A DNA stretch of 47,672 nt from positions 1-47,672 of the forward strand of contig CACVAQ010000010.1 in NCBI GenBank assembly GCA_902727865.1. The letters are read 5' to 3'. The DNA comes from an uncultured Aureispira sp. (GTDB lineage Bacteria; Bacteroidota; Bacteroidia; Chitinophagales; Saprospiraceae). Below are positions 28,025-38,575 of the stretch, piece after piece. How positions within the stretch are numbered: position 1 is the first letter of the stretch; every line of letters begins with the position of its first letter. The translations under genes and the position numbers were made by a program. The notes beneath the pieces are model-generated. The model did no database searches. It was not told where the DNA came from and saw only the letters and a program-made list of their open reading frames with translations.

Positions 28025-29167
28025 ATGCTTATACCTACAAATATTATCACCGAAACTATTCAAACTCGTCGTCACTTACACCAATACCCAGAGCTAGGTT
28101 CTGAGGTGTACCAAACTGTTGCCCTAGTCGAAAAACAACTCCGAGCCTTGGGTTTAGACGTGCATCCTAATATTGGAAAAAATGGTTTGTATGCAGATTT
28201 GAATGTTCCAAATGCTCAAAAAAGAATTGCGTTGAGAGCCGACATGGACGCCTTGCCCATACAAGAACTAGGGCAAAAGGACTATCAATCTACAATCAAT
28301 GGCCTTGCACATATGTGCGGACATGATGCCCACACGGCTATGCTTTTGGGGGCTGCTAAATTAATTGTACAACATAAAGACCAACTTCAACACAACATTC
28401 GATTTGTATTTCAGCCCGATGAAGAAAATATTCCTGGCGGTGCGCTTCCTATGATTAAAGACGGTGTTTTGGATGGCGTAGACAAGATTTACGGGCAGCA
28501 CGTTTGGCCAACTTTAGATACAGGTGTCATTGGACTCTGTTCGGGTCCTGCGATGGGACAGCCAGATGTTTTGAAAATCCTAATTACAGGTAAGGGAGGA
28601 CATGCCGCTTATCCACACAGCACGATTGATCCGATTGTTATTGCAGCGCAATATATCAATGCCGTCCAAGCCATTGTTGCCCGAAATGTTCCTGCCTTGG
28701 ATGCTGCCGTTGTTTCTTTTACCATTATCGAAGCAGGCACAGCGCACAACATCATCCCAGAAAGCATTCAACTCACGGCTTCTATCCGAACCTTGTCTTT
28801 AGAGGTTAAAGCCAATTTAAAAAAGCGTTTACACCAATTATTAGAGAGTATTTGTGCGGCACATGCTGCTAGTTTTGATTTCAATTATATTAATGGACAT
28901 GCTTTAACGTACAACGATCCTGCGCTTGCCAAGGATTTAGCTAATTTATTGGAGGCAGATAAATTGGTTTTCCCACATCCGCCTTCTATGGCAGGGGAAG
29001 ATTTTGGCTATTATTCTCAAAAAATTCCTGCTTGTTTTATTTTCTTAGGTTGTAGAAACGAAGCGAAGGGAATTACAGCGATGTTGCACAGTCCGCATTT
29101 TGATTTGGATGAAGCTTGCATAGAAACTGGAATTGGTCTTTGGTATACGATTGCTATGCAAGATTAA
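28025..29167 (+). CDS. M20D family amidohydrolase
   Basis: LHQYPELG, LRADMDALP, HMCGHDAH, FQPDEE, GGHAAYPH, GEDFG. Confidence 0.93.
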   Translation: MLIPTNIITETIQTRRHLHQYPELGSEVYQTVALVEKQLRALGLDVHPNIGKNGLYADLNVPNAQKRIALRADMDALPIQELGQKDYQSTINGLAHMCGHDAHTAMLLGAAKLIVQHKDQLQHNIRFVFQPDEENIPGGALPMIKDGVLDGVDKIYGQHVWPTLDTGVIGLCSGPAMGQPDVLKILITGKGGHAAYPHSTIDPIVIAAQYINAVQAIVARNVPALDAAVVSFTIIEAGTAHNIIPESIQLTASIRTLSLEVKANLKKRLHQLLESICAAHAASFDFNYINGHALTYNDPALAKDLANLLEADKLVFPHPPSMAGEDFGYYSQKIPACFIFLGCRNEAKGITAMLHSPHFDLDEACIETGIGLWYTIAMQD

Positions 29168-29240
29168 CAAGAACAAATGTTCTACCCAAGAAGTTGTTTT
29201 CCTTCATTTTTACCATTGCTCAATGCGTTAACAAAAAAAG

Positions 29241-29249
29241 TTATCCACA
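29241..29249 (+). promoter_or_regulatory. DnaA box
   Basis: TTATCCACA, perfect consensus, intergenic upstream of nrdB. Confidence 0.65.
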
Positions 29250-29391
29250 TTCCAAAACGATACTATTTTCTTTCCTAAAAAAAAGTTTCAAAAAAAAAGT
29301 AAATATTTTTGTTTTACAACTTCTTTTTGACTACGAACTAAATTAAATAATTTGAAGCTAAAAACGGCTAAAAGCCTAGTATTAACAAGGT

Positions 29392-29436
29392 ACGAAGTCA
29401 CTTATTAACAAAATAACTGTTGATAAGTGACTTCGT
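29392..29436. promoter_or_regulatory. Inverted repeat carrying two inverted DnaA-box-like 9-mers
   Basis: ACGAAGTCACTTAT / ATAAGTGACTTCGT 14-bp perfect IR; TTATTAACA at 29402 and TGTTGATAA at 29418. Confidence 0.6.
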
Positions 29437-29628
29437 TATTTTTTATTTTTAACAAAACAACATCTACTTAATAATCAATAAGATATGTTCTTTTATTACA
29501 AAAACACTAAAAGTCCATTTGGGCGATTGAAATAAAAACTTTAAATTCGTGGAGCACGTAACTTAAGCCTAAAAAATATCTATTAAATGCCCTTTTTCAA
29601 CCTCTTCACAAGTAGGTTCTCTGGGTAC

Positions 29629-29637
29629 TTATCCACA
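29629..29637 (+). promoter_or_regulatory. DnaA box
   Basis: TTATCCACA 19 nt upstream of the nrdB ATG. Confidence 0.65.
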
Positions 29638-29656
29638 ACAAATTGTTTCAAAATAG

Positions 29657-30631
29657 ATGAATAATAAAGAATTAATTCTTACAGAAAGTGACGATCGTTT
29701 TGTTTTATTTCCAATCAAGCACGATGCCGTATGGGAAATGCGAAAACAGGCTTTAGCTTGTTTTTGGACAACAGATGAAATTGATCTAGAAGCAGATATT
29801 ATTGACTGGAATGAAAAATTAAATGACAATGAACGTCATTTCATTAAACATGTATTGGCCTTTTTTGCGGCTAGTGATGGGATTGTTAATGAAAATTTAG
29901 TTTTAAATTTCTATAAAGATGTTCAAATTGCAGAAGCCCGTTCGTTCTACGCTGCTCAAATTCAAATTGAAGACATTCACGCAGAAGCATATAGTCTTTT
30001 GATTGATACGTACATTAGAGACACGGCAGAGAAAAATGCCTTATTCAAGGCAATGGATACGCTTCCTTGTGTTCAGAAAAAAGCAACATGGGCTTTGAAA
30101 TGGATTGACGAAGCACCTTCATTTGCTCATAGATTGATTGCTTTTGCAGCGGTAGAAGGTATTTTCTTCTCTGGTAGTTTTTGCGCTATTTACTGGCTCA
30201 AGAAACGTAGTTTAATGCCAGGTTTGACATTCTCTAACGAGCTAATTAGTAGAGACGAAGGCATGCACTGTGATTTTGCTTGTTTGTTGTACTCTATGTT
30301 AGAGCATCCTTTAGACAAAAAAGAAGTAGAAGCTATTATTACAGAGGCGGTTGTCTTTGAAAAAGAATTTGTAACCGATGCCTTGCCTGTTTCTTTAATT
30401 GGGATGAATTCTAGCTTGATGAACGAATATATTGAGTTCGTTGCAGATCGTCTATTGGTTTCTTTAGGAAATGAAAAGGTGTACAACACCGCAAATCCTT
30501 TCCCTTGGATGGATTTGATTTCCTTACAAGGCAAAACAAACTTCTTCGAAAAACGGGTTGGCGATTATCAAAAAGCAGGTGTTATGGCTAATCGGGACAA
30601 ACAAACGTTTTCCTTAGACGAAGATTTTTAA
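29657..30631 (+). CDS. nrdB: Class Ia ribonucleotide reductase beta subunit
   Basis: [21 protein letters not shown] (radical Tyr), [26 protein letters not shown]. Confidence 0.97.
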   Translation: MNNKELILTESDDRFVLFPIKHDAVWEMRKQALACFWTTDEIDLEADIIDWNEKLNDNERHFIKHVLAFFAASDGIVNENLVLNFYKDVQIAEARSFYAAQIQIEDIHAEAYSLLIDTYIRDTAEKNALFKAMDTLPCVQKKATWALKWIDEAPSFAHRLIAFAAVEGIFFSGSFCAIYWLKKRSLMPGLTFSNELISRDEGMHCDFACLLYSMLEHPLDKKEVEAIITEAVVFEKEFVTDALPVSLIGMNSSLMNEYIEFVADRLLVSLGNEKVYNTANPFPWMDLISLQGKTNFFEKRVGDYQKAGVMANRDKQTFSLDEDF

Positions 30632-30647
30632 GTTTTATACCATCTTA

Positions 30648-30844
30648 CGAAGTAAGTACTGTGAGGGTTTGCAGAATAGGCTATTTTATAAGCTTAAATC
30701 GGAAGGTACGTTTTAAATGGAAAGCCATATTGATTTGTTATGACAAAAAAACATACGCCTTTCTACTTAGAAATTACGACTCCTATGGTTCGATACATTA
30801 GTCCTTATTAGTCCTTAATTCATACGATCCTACAATTTACTTCG
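30648..30844. repeat. ~200-bp degenerate palindromic insert between nrdB and nrdA
   Basis: CGAAGTAA ... TTACTTCG ends with imperfect inner pairing (AAGG..GTTTT / AAAAC..CCTT). Confidence 0.5.
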
Positions 30845-30917
30845 GGTGCATTATAGAATAAATTAGTTCCACGAAAATGCCTGCGTGAGGAAGCGCATGG
30901 ACATTAAAACAAAAAAA

Positions 30918-33278
30918 ATGCAAGTATTAAAAAGAAATGGAAAAACAGAAGAGGTCTCTTTTGATAAAATCAAAAAGCGCATTGAATATCTATGCAATGG
31001 CTTGGACCTTCGTTATGTAGATTCTATTGAGATTTGTAAAAAAGTTATTCAAGGTTTATACGATGGTGTTAGCACCACTATTCTAGACAATTTGGCTTCT
31101 GAAACGGCCGCTACGATGGCAACCCAACATCCTGATTATGCGATTTTGGCTGCCCGTATTTCGGTTTCGAACCTACATAAAAACTCAAACACGTCTTTCG
31201 CCAAAACAATGAAAGCCTTGCACGAGTATATTGACCCTAAAACAGGAGAAAACGCCCAATTAATTTCGAACGAAACGTTTGCAACGATTTGGAAAAACCG
31301 TAAGGTATTTGATACCGCCATCAAGCATGAAAACGATTATGAGTTTGATTATTTTGGCTTCAAAACCTTGGAGCGTTCTTACTTGTTGCGTATGAATGGC
31401 AAAATTGTAGAGCGTCCTCAATTTATGTTGATGCGTGCGGCAATTGGTATTCATGGAAACGACATTGTTTCTGCGATTCAAACCTATAGCTTGATGTCTG
31501 AAAAATGGTTCATTCATGCTACGCCTACCTTATTTAATGCTGGAACGCCAAAACCACAGTTGTCTTCTTGCTTCTTGTTGAGCGCTACAGATGATTCTAT
31601 TTCTGGTATTTTTGAAACCTTGACCCGTTGTGCTAAAATTTCTCAGTCTGCGGGAGGGATTGGTTTGAGCATTCACAATATTCGGGCACAAGGTAGTTAC
31701 ATCAAAGGAACAGGTGGAATGTCTAATGGGGTGGTTCCAATGTTGCGTGTATTTAATGATACGGCTCGTTATGTAGACCAAGGTGGTGGAAAGCGCAAAG
31801 GTGCTTTTGCTATTTATTTGGAGCCTTGGCATGCCGATATTTTTGACTTCTTGGACTTGAAGAAGAATCATGGTAAAGAGGAACAGCGGGCTAGAGATTT
31901 GTTCTATGCCATGTGGATTTCTGATTTGTTTATGAAACGGGTAGAAGACGATGTCGAATGGACCTTGATGTGTCCGAATGAGTGTCCTGGTTTGTACGAT
32001 GTTTATGGCGAAAATTTTGAAAAACTATACTTAGAATACGAAGCAGCAGGAAAAGGAAGAAAGACGATTAAAGCGCGTGAGTTGTGGACTAAAATCTTAG
32101 AATCTCAAATCGAAACGGGAACGCCTTATATGTTGTATAAGGATCATGCGAATCAAAAATCAAATCAAAAAAATCTAGGTGTTATCCGTTCTAGTAATCT
32201 CTGTACAGAGATTATGGAATATACGTCTAAGGATGAAGTAGCGGTTTGTAATTTGGCTTCTATTTCGTTGCCGAAATTTGTCATCAATGGCAAGTTTGAT
32301 TTTGATAAATTATATGAGATTACTAGAATTGTGACTCGTAACTTAAACAAGGTAATTGACATCAATTATTATCCTGTTGTAGAAGCTCGCAATTCTAACA
32401 TGCGCCACCGTCCTATTGGTATTGGGGTGCAAGGTTTGGCTGATGCCTTAATTTTGATGCGTTATCCTTTTGACAGTACAGAAGGTAAGCTATTGAATAG
32501 AGCGATTTTTGAAACGATGTATTATGCAGCGGTAACCGAATCGTCTGAATTGGCAAAAGAAGATGGTCCTTACCAATCTTACGAAGGTTCTCCGATCAGC
32601 AAAGGCATTTTGCAATTTGACTTGTGGAATGAAACGCCTTCTTCTAGATGGGATTGGGATAAATTGCGGGCGAACATCAAGGAACATGGCGTGCGTAATA
32701 GTTTGTTGTTGGCTCCTATGCCAACGGCTTCTACTTCTCAGATTCTAGGTAATAACGAATGTTTTGAGCCTTATACCTCTAATATTTATACGCGTAGAAC
32801 ACTTTCGGGGGAGTATATTATTGTGAACAAACATTTGCTGAAAGATTTGATTGAATTGGGCTTGTGGACGGAGGATATTAAGGAGCAATTAATGGCTGCT
32901 AATGGTTCTGTTCAAGACGTAAAAGAAATTCCAGACGACATCAAAGCGTTGTACAAGACTTCTTACGAAATCAAACAACGTCATATCATTGATATGTCAG
33001 CAGATAGAGGCGCATTTATTTGTCAATCTCAAAGCTTGAATTTGTTTGTCGAAAATCCAACCTTTGCGAAGCTTACGTCGATGCATTTCTACGCTTGGAA
33101 AAAAGGACTTAAAACGGGTATGTATTACTTGAGAAGTAAGGCGGCTGTTGATCCAATCAAATTTACCTTGTCGTCTAAGCATCAAACTAAATTTGTGAAA
33201 GCGGATGCCGCAAATACAGAGGAAGGGATTGCTTGTAGCATAGACAATCCAGACGATTGTTTGATGTGTGGTTCTTAG
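30918..33278 (+). CDS. nrdA: Class Ia ribonucleotide reductase alpha subunit with ATP cone
   Basis: [11 protein letters not shown] cone (start set at 30918), [28 protein letters not shown]-terminal CLMCGS. Confidence 0.97.
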   Translation: MQVLKRNGKTEEVSFDKIKKRIEYLCNGLDLRYVDSIEICKKVIQGLYDGVSTTILDNLASETAATMATQHPDYAILAARISVSNLHKNSNTSFAKTMKALHEYIDPKTGENAQLISNETFATIWKNRKVFDTAIKHENDYEFDYFGFKTLERSYLLRMNGKIVERPQFMLMRAAIGIHGNDIVSAIQTYSLMSEKWFIHATPTLFNAGTPKPQLSSCFLLSATDDSISGIFETLTRCAKISQSAGGIGLSIHNIRAQGSYIKGTGGMSNGVVPMLRVFNDTARYVDQGGGKRKGAFAIYLEPWHADIFDFLDLKKNHGKEEQRARDLFYAMWISDLFMKRVEDDVEWTLMCPNECPGLYDVYGENFEKLYLEYEAAGKGRKTIKARELWTKILESQIETGTPYMLYKDHANQKSNQKNLGVIRSSNLCTEIMEYTSKDEVAVCNLASISLPKFVINGKFDFDKLYEITRIVTRNLNKVIDINYYPVVEARNSNMRHRPIGIGVQGLADALILMRYPFDSTEGKLLNRAIFETMYYAAVTESSELAKEDGPYQSYEGSPISKGILQFDLWNETPSSRWDWDKLRANIKEHGVRNSLLLAPMPTASTSQILGNNECFEPYTSNIYTRRTLSGEYIIVNKHLLKDLIELGLWTEDIKEQLMAANGSVQDVKEIPDDIKALYKTSYEIKQRHIIDMSADRGAFICQSQSLNLFVENPTFAKLTSMHFYAWKKGLKTGMYYLRSKAAVDPIKFTLSSKHQTKFVKADAANTEEGIACSIDNPDDCLMCGS

Positions 33279-33307
33279 GAATTACGGTTACAATTAAAAT
33301 ATAGATT

Positions 33308-33341
33308 AAGCGAATGACTCTTGGAGTTGTTCGCTTTTTTT
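33308..33341 (+). terminator. Intrinsic terminator after nrdA
   Basis: AAGCGAATGACTC-TTG-GAGTTGTTCGC followed by a T run. Confidence 0.85.
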
Positions 33342-33464
33342 GTTTGGAATTATTGTTCTGTTCTTCTTCTAGTCAACACAAAGGAATTTCATCCCCTTTC
33401 GGAACCTTTTAACGCTCTTATACATTAAGTAAAAGTACGTCTTAAAAATCAACCTAAAAAACTC

Positions 33465-34415
33465 ATGTTTCAATCCGAAGTAAAAAGCCAAATCAACGAA
33501 GACATCTCTATTTTAGTGCAGCTAGACAATCATCCTTGGAACTACATTTGCGAGTGTGGCGACGCTAGTAATTGGACGGTGAAGGAAGTGCAAAATGCCA
33601 ATGCTGTTTTTATTAGTCATACGCACATTGATCATTTTGTGAATTTTGATATGGTGATTCGACATCAAATTGGAATTCAACGAAGGGTTGTTATTTGTGG
33701 CCCCAAAGGAATTGCGGCACAGGTTCAAGCCAAGCTAAAAAGCTATACTTGGAATTTAATTCAAAAAGGAGCGATTCTTTACGAAATTCGAGAAATGGTT
33801 TCTGAAAATGAAATCAGAGTATTTGAAATAGAGCCGCCTGTTTGGGAATTGATTGAAAAACCGATACTTAAAAGCAATGTCCTTTTTCAAGAAAAAAACC
33901 TTGTCGTCACAGGCATTTTATTGGATCACAAAACGCCAACTTTAGCCTATAAATTTAAGGCAGCGGATACCGTCAAGATTGACATTCAAGCGAGTGGCTT
34001 TCGGGGTGGCAAATGGGTCAAGGAGTTAAAAGCAGCTTTTGAGCAAAACACGCCTGAACAATCTATTAGCATAGAAGAAAAAACCTATTTAGCCAGCGAT
34101 TTATTTCATTTATTAAAACGACAAAAGGGCGACTCTGTGGGCATTATCATGGATCATGCGGCCAATTCAGAGAACCATGCTAAAATTCTTCAACACTTCT
34201 CCAATTGCCAAAAGGTGTTTATAGAGTCTTTTTATAAAAACGAAGATCAAGCCTTTGCAGCAGCCAATTATCATAGTTATGCCGCAATGTCTGGCAAAAT
34301 CATGCGAGAAGCAAAGGTTTTAAATCCTGTTCCTGTGCATTTTTCTAGGAAGTATGGGGCGGAAGAAATTGAAGCCTTGGTCAAAGAGTTTGAAGTAGCA
34401 TTAAAGCATCAATAA
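33465..34415 (+). CDS. Metallo-beta-lactamase fold protein, RNase Z-like
   Basis: FISHTHIDH (HxHxDH), ICGPKG, LDHKTPTLAY, FIESFY, PVHFSRKY. Confidence 0.75.
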   Translation: MFQSEVKSQINEDISILVQLDNHPWNYICECGDASNWTVKEVQNANAVFISHTHIDHFVNFDMVIRHQIGIQRRVVICGPKGIAAQVQAKLKSYTWNLIQKGAILYEIREMVSENEIRVFEIEPPVWELIEKPILKSNVLFQEKNLVVTGILLDHKTPTLAYKFKAADTVKIDIQASGFRGGKWVKELKAAFEQNTPEQSISIEEKTYLASDLFHLLKRQKGDSVGIIMDHAANSENHAKILQHFSNCQKVFIESFYKNEDQAFAAANYHSYAAMSGKIMREAKVLNPVPVHFSRKYGAEEIEALVKEFEVALKHQ

Positions 34416-34473
34416 AAGAACTTGAATACGATGAATCCTTTGTTTGATAAATCGTCAACTAGTCTTTAAAATC

Positions 34474-34569
34474 ATGAACTTGTAGAGCATTATAACCTAC
34501 ATATACTGAAGGATCTATTTTATTCCAGATGATTACAAAATGAAATTTCTGGTGGCTCTACAAGTTCAT
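34474..34569. repeat. ~96-bp element bounded by a 15-bp perfect inverted repeat
   Basis: ATGAACTTGTAGAGC ... GCTCTACAAGTTCAT, extendable to 19/20; between convergent genes. Confidence 0.75.
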
Positions 34570-34647
34570 CATTTAGAGGTATAGGAATATAGGATATTTT
34601 GGTTAATAATTTAACCTTCTCATTTGAATAACGTTTTTCAAGCTCTA

Positions 34648-36072
34648 CTAATACTCAAACTCCATATTAGGCTTCGGGAATCCAAACAAGTGTTTTTCTC
34701 GAATGTGTTTAGCCACTTTTTGAGAAACCGATTTTGTCCATTCTTTTTTGTTCTCTCGAAGCAATTCCAGCGTATCCATAGCATGAATTTTCAAAAACTC
34801 CTCCTTGTAGCCTTCAATATCTACAACATGCCTATTTTCGACAATATGCTTGTACAAATAACGGATGCCATCAGGAATCGGCAAGTTGCGGCAAGTCATT
34901 AATTCGCTTCCGCCCTCGTTATACGCAGGGTAAACATAGACTCGAACATTTCGTGTAAAAATCTCTCCATAAGAAGCAATTAAGCGACCATCTTTATTTC
35001 GGTAGTACTTACTATTAACAATATCCAGTAAGCCTTTGGCACTAATCACAATACCTAGTTTTGCTATTCTATAATCTGCTAAGTAATTAATTAAACGCTT
35101 GTACTGGTTGCAGTTTGTAATCATAACGCACTTTCCAAGATGATTAAGCAAAGAGGCACGATCCATAAAATCTTGCTCTTCTACTTTTCCTGTATCTAGA
35201 CACAAATCTTTGAGTGTAATTTCTGCCAATACACTTGTTCCTCTTGAGGACAAGTCTGATTCTGTTTCAAACTGTTTTGAAGCGGACTCAAAACGGTCTA
35301 AGGTTCTCAAGGTTGCAGGTCTAAAACTCCCTCGCACCACCAAGACATTCCGCTTATACATAAATTCGGAAGGATGCACAGGATTGCCATTGCTATTAAA
35401 CATGGCAACATCAGTCATTCTTTGTTTCACCAACTCTAAGGTAACCAAGCGATTATCAATATTAATAAATTGAGGTCCTTTGATTCGTAACATATCAATT
35501 TTCACTCGACTTCGAATCCCTTCTAATAAGGAAGCCATTAGTTTGCTATAATCCCCATAGTAATAATACGCTGCATAAACTAAATTCACGCCCAAGATAC
35601 CAACCGCTTGTTGTTGCAAAGAAATATCATTATCCAACAATTCGATGTGCATTACAATTTCGTTGGGTTCTGCTTGAGGATGCAATTGAAAACGCAAGCC
35701 AAGCCAACCTTGCCCTTTGTTTGTTTTGTGGTAATTAATCGTTTCGACCGTATCGGCAAATGCAAACAAACGGGATTCTGGTCGTTCAGCACTCAAACGA
35801 TCTAGCATCAAATCGTATTCATGGTCCAACATTTTGTACAATCGAGATTCACAAACGTAACGGCCCGATTTTTCGACCCCATAAATATCGTCACTGACTA
35901 GTTTATCGTAGGCTGAAATTGTTTTTGCAATTGTTCCTGAGGAAGCCCCAGCCTTAAAGAAATACTGTGCGACTTCCTGTCCAGCACCAATTTCGGCGAA
36001 AGAGCCATAAATTTTACTATCTAAGTTTATTTCAAGCGCTTTTTGGCGGGTTTCAAGGATTTGTATTGGCAT
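34648..36072 (-). CDS. Conserved Bacteroidota protein with a C-terminal nucleotidyltransferase-like domain (NMN/NaMN adenylyltransferase-like)
   Basis: YGSFAEIGAGQEVA, KTISAYD and ESRLYKMLDHEY conserved blocks; RGSFRPAT resembles the GSFxPxT nucleotidyltransferase loop; function uncertain. Confidence 0.65.
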   Translation of the reverse strand: MPIQILETRQKALEINLDSKIYGSFAEIGAGQEVAQYFFKAGASSGTIAKTISAYDKLVSDDIYGVEKSGRYVCESRLYKMLDHEYDLMLDRLSAERPESRLFAFADTVETINYHKTNKGQGWLGLRFQLHPQAEPNEIVMHIELLDNDISLQQQAVGILGVNLVYAAYYYYGDYSKLMASLLEGIRSRVKIDMLRIKGPQFINIDNRLVTLELVKQRMTDVAMFNSNGNPVHPSEFMYKRNVLVVRGSFRPATLRTLDRFESASKQFETESDLSSRGTSVLAEITLKDLCLDTGKVEEQDFMDRASLLNHLGKCVMITNCNQYKRLINYLADYRIAKLGIVISAKGLLDIVNSKYYRNKDGRLIASYGEIFTRNVRVYVYPAYNEGGSELMTCRNLPIPDGIRYLYKHIVENRHVVDIEGYKEEFLKIHAMDTLELLRENKKEWTKSVSQKVAKHIREKHLFGFPKPNMEFEY

Positions 36073-36181
36073 AAATAAATTTGTAGTTTGTTTGATTGCT
36101 TAATATTCCCGAATATACTAAAATAAAACCGCTTCTAAAATCACTTGTTTAAGAAATCCTTATTAAATAGAAAAAAGCTTA

Positions 36182-36341
36182 CTCTACGAAGTAAAATCAG
36201 CTTGAATGGTCATTTTTTAAAACCATTATTAGTATTTATTTTAAGGACTCGGTTTCTTTTCTCCGCTATGGTTTCCTTATAAATGCGCCAGCAATTCCTC
36301 CGACTACTTTTTCAACCACTCCTTAGAAATCACTTCGTGAG
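36182..36341. repeat. ~160-bp degenerate palindrome in a divergent intergenic region
   Basis: CTCtACGAAGT ... ACTTCGTGAG ends; inner TAAGGA/TCCTTA. Confidence 0.5.
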
Positions 36342-36496
36342 AACAGTTATCAAACAACCTTTTTTTTAATTCAGTAGTTGGTGTTTTTTATCTCTTTATC
36401 ACAAAAAATGGGACTAGGCAAATGGCTTGCCGTAGAAATAAGACCGTTTAATTCTTAGAACAGGTCTAGTAGGTTTTATTTTTCCTAAAAAATAAA

Positions 36497-36504
36497 TAAC
36501 TTTG
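36497..36504 (+). promoter_or_regulatory. -7 promoter box for rnhA
   Basis: TAACTTTG, 38 nt upstream of the ATG. Confidence 0.5.
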
Positions 36505-36542
36505 TTCGTTGACAATTTTTTATTAGAACAAAAAAAGCACAA

Positions 36543-37166
36543 ATGGCAAAAAAGACCAAATTCTACGTAGTCTGGGAAGGCAATAAAACTGGGATTTTTA
36601 AAACTTGGAAAGAGTGCCAAAAACACATCAAGGGATATAGTGGTGCTAAATACAAATCCTTTGGTAGTATGAGAGAAGCAGAAGATGCTTTTTCGGGCAG
36701 TTATTTTGATGCCATTACGCCAACCAAAAAGAAACAAATTGACCCTAGCCTAGCGGGCATTCCTGTTTGGAAAAGTATTGCTGTAGATGCTGCCTGTAGT
36801 GGTAATCCTGGCTTGATGGAATATCAAGGGGTGGACACGAGTACAGGCAAACGCTTGTTTCATTTAGGTCCTTTGCAACATGGCACCAACAACGTTGGGG
36901 AGTTTCTAGCCTTGGTTCATGGATTGGCTTTTTTGCAACAGCACAAAAGTACCCTGCCAATTTACACCGACTCTAAAATTGCGATGGCTTGGATTAAAGC
37001 CAAAAAATGCCGTACTAAATTGGCTAAGTTGCCTGCAAATACTAAACTGTTCGAATTAATTGCACGGGGCGAAAAGTGGTTGAAAAACAATACTTTTGAC
37101 ACCGAAATTCTAAAATGGGAAACGAAAGCTTGGGGAGAAATCCCTGCCGACTTTGGTCGAAAGTAG
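36543..37166 (+). CDS. rnhA: Ribonuclease HI with an N-terminal hybrid-binding (Cauli_VI) domain
   Basis: KFYVVWEGNKTGIFKTWKEC...GAKYKSF; VDAACSGNPG, GTNNVGEFLA, IYTDS, GEIPADFGRK. Confidence 0.93.
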   Translation: MAKKTKFYVVWEGNKTGIFKTWKECQKHIKGYSGAKYKSFGSMREAEDAFSGSYFDAITPTKKKQIDPSLAGIPVWKSIAVDAACSGNPGLMEYQGVDTSTGKRLFHLGPLQHGTNNVGEFLALVHGLAFLQQHKSTLPIYTDSKIAMAWIKAKKCRTKLAKLPANTKLFELIARGEKWLKNNTFDTEILKWETKAWGEIPADFGRK

Positions 37167-37251
37167 CTGATTATCTAGCTTTTAAGCTGAATCAAAATTA
37201 TTCCCTCTCAAACTAGCACTCTATAGACGGTGCTTTTCATTTCTTTTTTAG

Positions 37252-37259
37252 TATATTTG
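37252..37259 (+). promoter_or_regulatory. -7 promoter box for the TetR gene
   Basis: TATATTTG matches TAnnTTTG. Confidence 0.4.
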
Positions 37260-37357
37260 GACTTTACTGTCTAAGAATTGGCTTGTTACTTTTTTTAGTA
37301 ATTCTGCCTATTTACACACACAATAACGCTAGTTAATAGAAAGTTGATACAAGATTT

Positions 37358-38041
37358 ATGATTGCTATACAAATCCAACTGAACGCCAACTTATACCTTC
37401 GAGATCCTCAAGAAACAAAGTTAGGCAAACGAATTATTGAACATAGTATTATCTTAATAGATAAACTAGGGTTCGAAAAATTCACGTTCAAAAAACTAGC
37501 TACTGAAATAGAATCTACAGAAGCATCTATCTATCGATATTTTAAGAACAAGCACAAACTCTTAATTTATTTGGTTTCTTGGTATTGGGAATGGATGAAA
37601 TATCAAATTGATTTTAATACCATGAACATTGAAGATGTAGACAAACGCTTAAGAATTGCCTTGTCTGTCTTGGTTGAATCTTCTCGTAAAAATCCTGCAA
37701 TTAGTTATGTCGATGAGAATCTATTGCACAATATCGTGGTCGCTGAATCGAGTAAGGCTTATCATACTAAATTAGTGGACAAAGAAAATAAAGAGGGTTA
37801 TTTTGCCAACTACAAAGTGCTTTGTGAAAGTATTTCTAAGATCATTTTGGAAAAAAGCCCTTCTTATCCCTATTCAAAAGCGCTCGCTTCTACTCTCATA
37901 GAAATGGCAAATAATAATATCTATTTTGCACAGCATTTGCCTGCACTTACCGATGTTCAAGTAAAAGACAATGGCGACTTAGAGGAAGTTCAACGTTTGT
38001 TGGAGCACTTTGCCTTTGCTTCTATTACTAGTGCGGTTTAA
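37358..38041 (+). CDS. TetR/AcrR family regulator
   Basis: GFEKFTFKKLATEIESTEASIYRYFKNKHKLL. Confidence 0.9.
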   Translation: MIAIQIQLNANLYLRDPQETKLGKRIIEHSIILIDKLGFEKFTFKKLATEIESTEASIYRYFKNKHKLLIYLVSWYWEWMKYQIDFNTMNIEDVDKRLRIALSVLVESSRKNPAISYVDENLLHNIVVAESSKAYHTKLVDKENKEGYFANYKVLCESISKIILEKSPSYPYSKALASTLIEMANNNIYFAQHLPALTDVQVKDNGDLEEVQRLLEHFAFASITSAV

Positions 38042-38075
38042 GCATTTGGAACAACTTAATCGTAGATCTTTCTAC

Positions 38076-38119
38076 AAAAAAATCACGACCGGCATTAAGC
38101 TGGTCGTGATTTTTTTTTT
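38076..38119. terminator. Bidirectional intrinsic terminator
   Basis: A7-TCACGACC...GGTCGTGA-T10 between convergent genes. Confidence 0.85.
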
Positions 38120-38225
38120 GGTAACTAGGTTCAATATAAATACTGCTCTTTACTATTTGAATTATTGGTTTTTACAAAAAAAATCAATGCGCTACAATTC
38201 CCCAACAAAAACAAGCCCTGCAACC

Positions 38226-38504
38226 CTATTGATACACAAACCAATAAAGATACAACAAAATAAGTTGCAAAGTTACAATGCTATAAACGGGTAATTTAAA
38301 CGCCCATTTTTGTGTTTTGTGTCGCCAAACTTGCATTCCGAGCAACACGCCTAAACTACCCCCAATGGCCGCAGCAATAAAAAAATGTTTTTCGGACGTA
38401 CGCCATTCTTTCTGATTGGCTTTGCGCTTGTCCCATCCCATTCTAAAAAAGGTGTACAAAGAACAAATTCCAATCCATGCTAAACTACCTGTTAATACAG
38501 TCAT
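38226..38504 (-). CDS. DUF1294 family membrane protein
   Basis: MGWDKRKA...WRTSE...GGSLG...WRHKTQKWAF. Confidence 0.85.
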   Translation of the reverse strand: MTVLTGSLAWIGICSLYTFFRMGWDKRKANQKEWRTSEKHFFIAAAIGGSLGVLLGMQVWRHKTQKWAFKLPVYSIVTLQLILLYLYWFVYQ

Positions 38505-38575
38505 TTGTTGCGTTGATTTTTTTGTAAAAGAAGACGCTGTCTAATAGATTTCCAACTATTTAATCCCCAAGGAAA

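Noticed and set aside
29168-29656. NrdR boxes
   Set aside because: No clear tandem match to the NrdR palindrome seen.
30885-33278. Intein or intron in nrdA, and the GTG start at 30885
   Set aside because: Length and motifs are continuous and normal; the ATP cone begins at MQVLKR (30918).
34648-36072. TonB-dependent receptor label, which I recall being attached to this family
   Set aside because: No signal peptide or beta-barrel pattern; it reads as a cytoplasmic alpha/beta protein.
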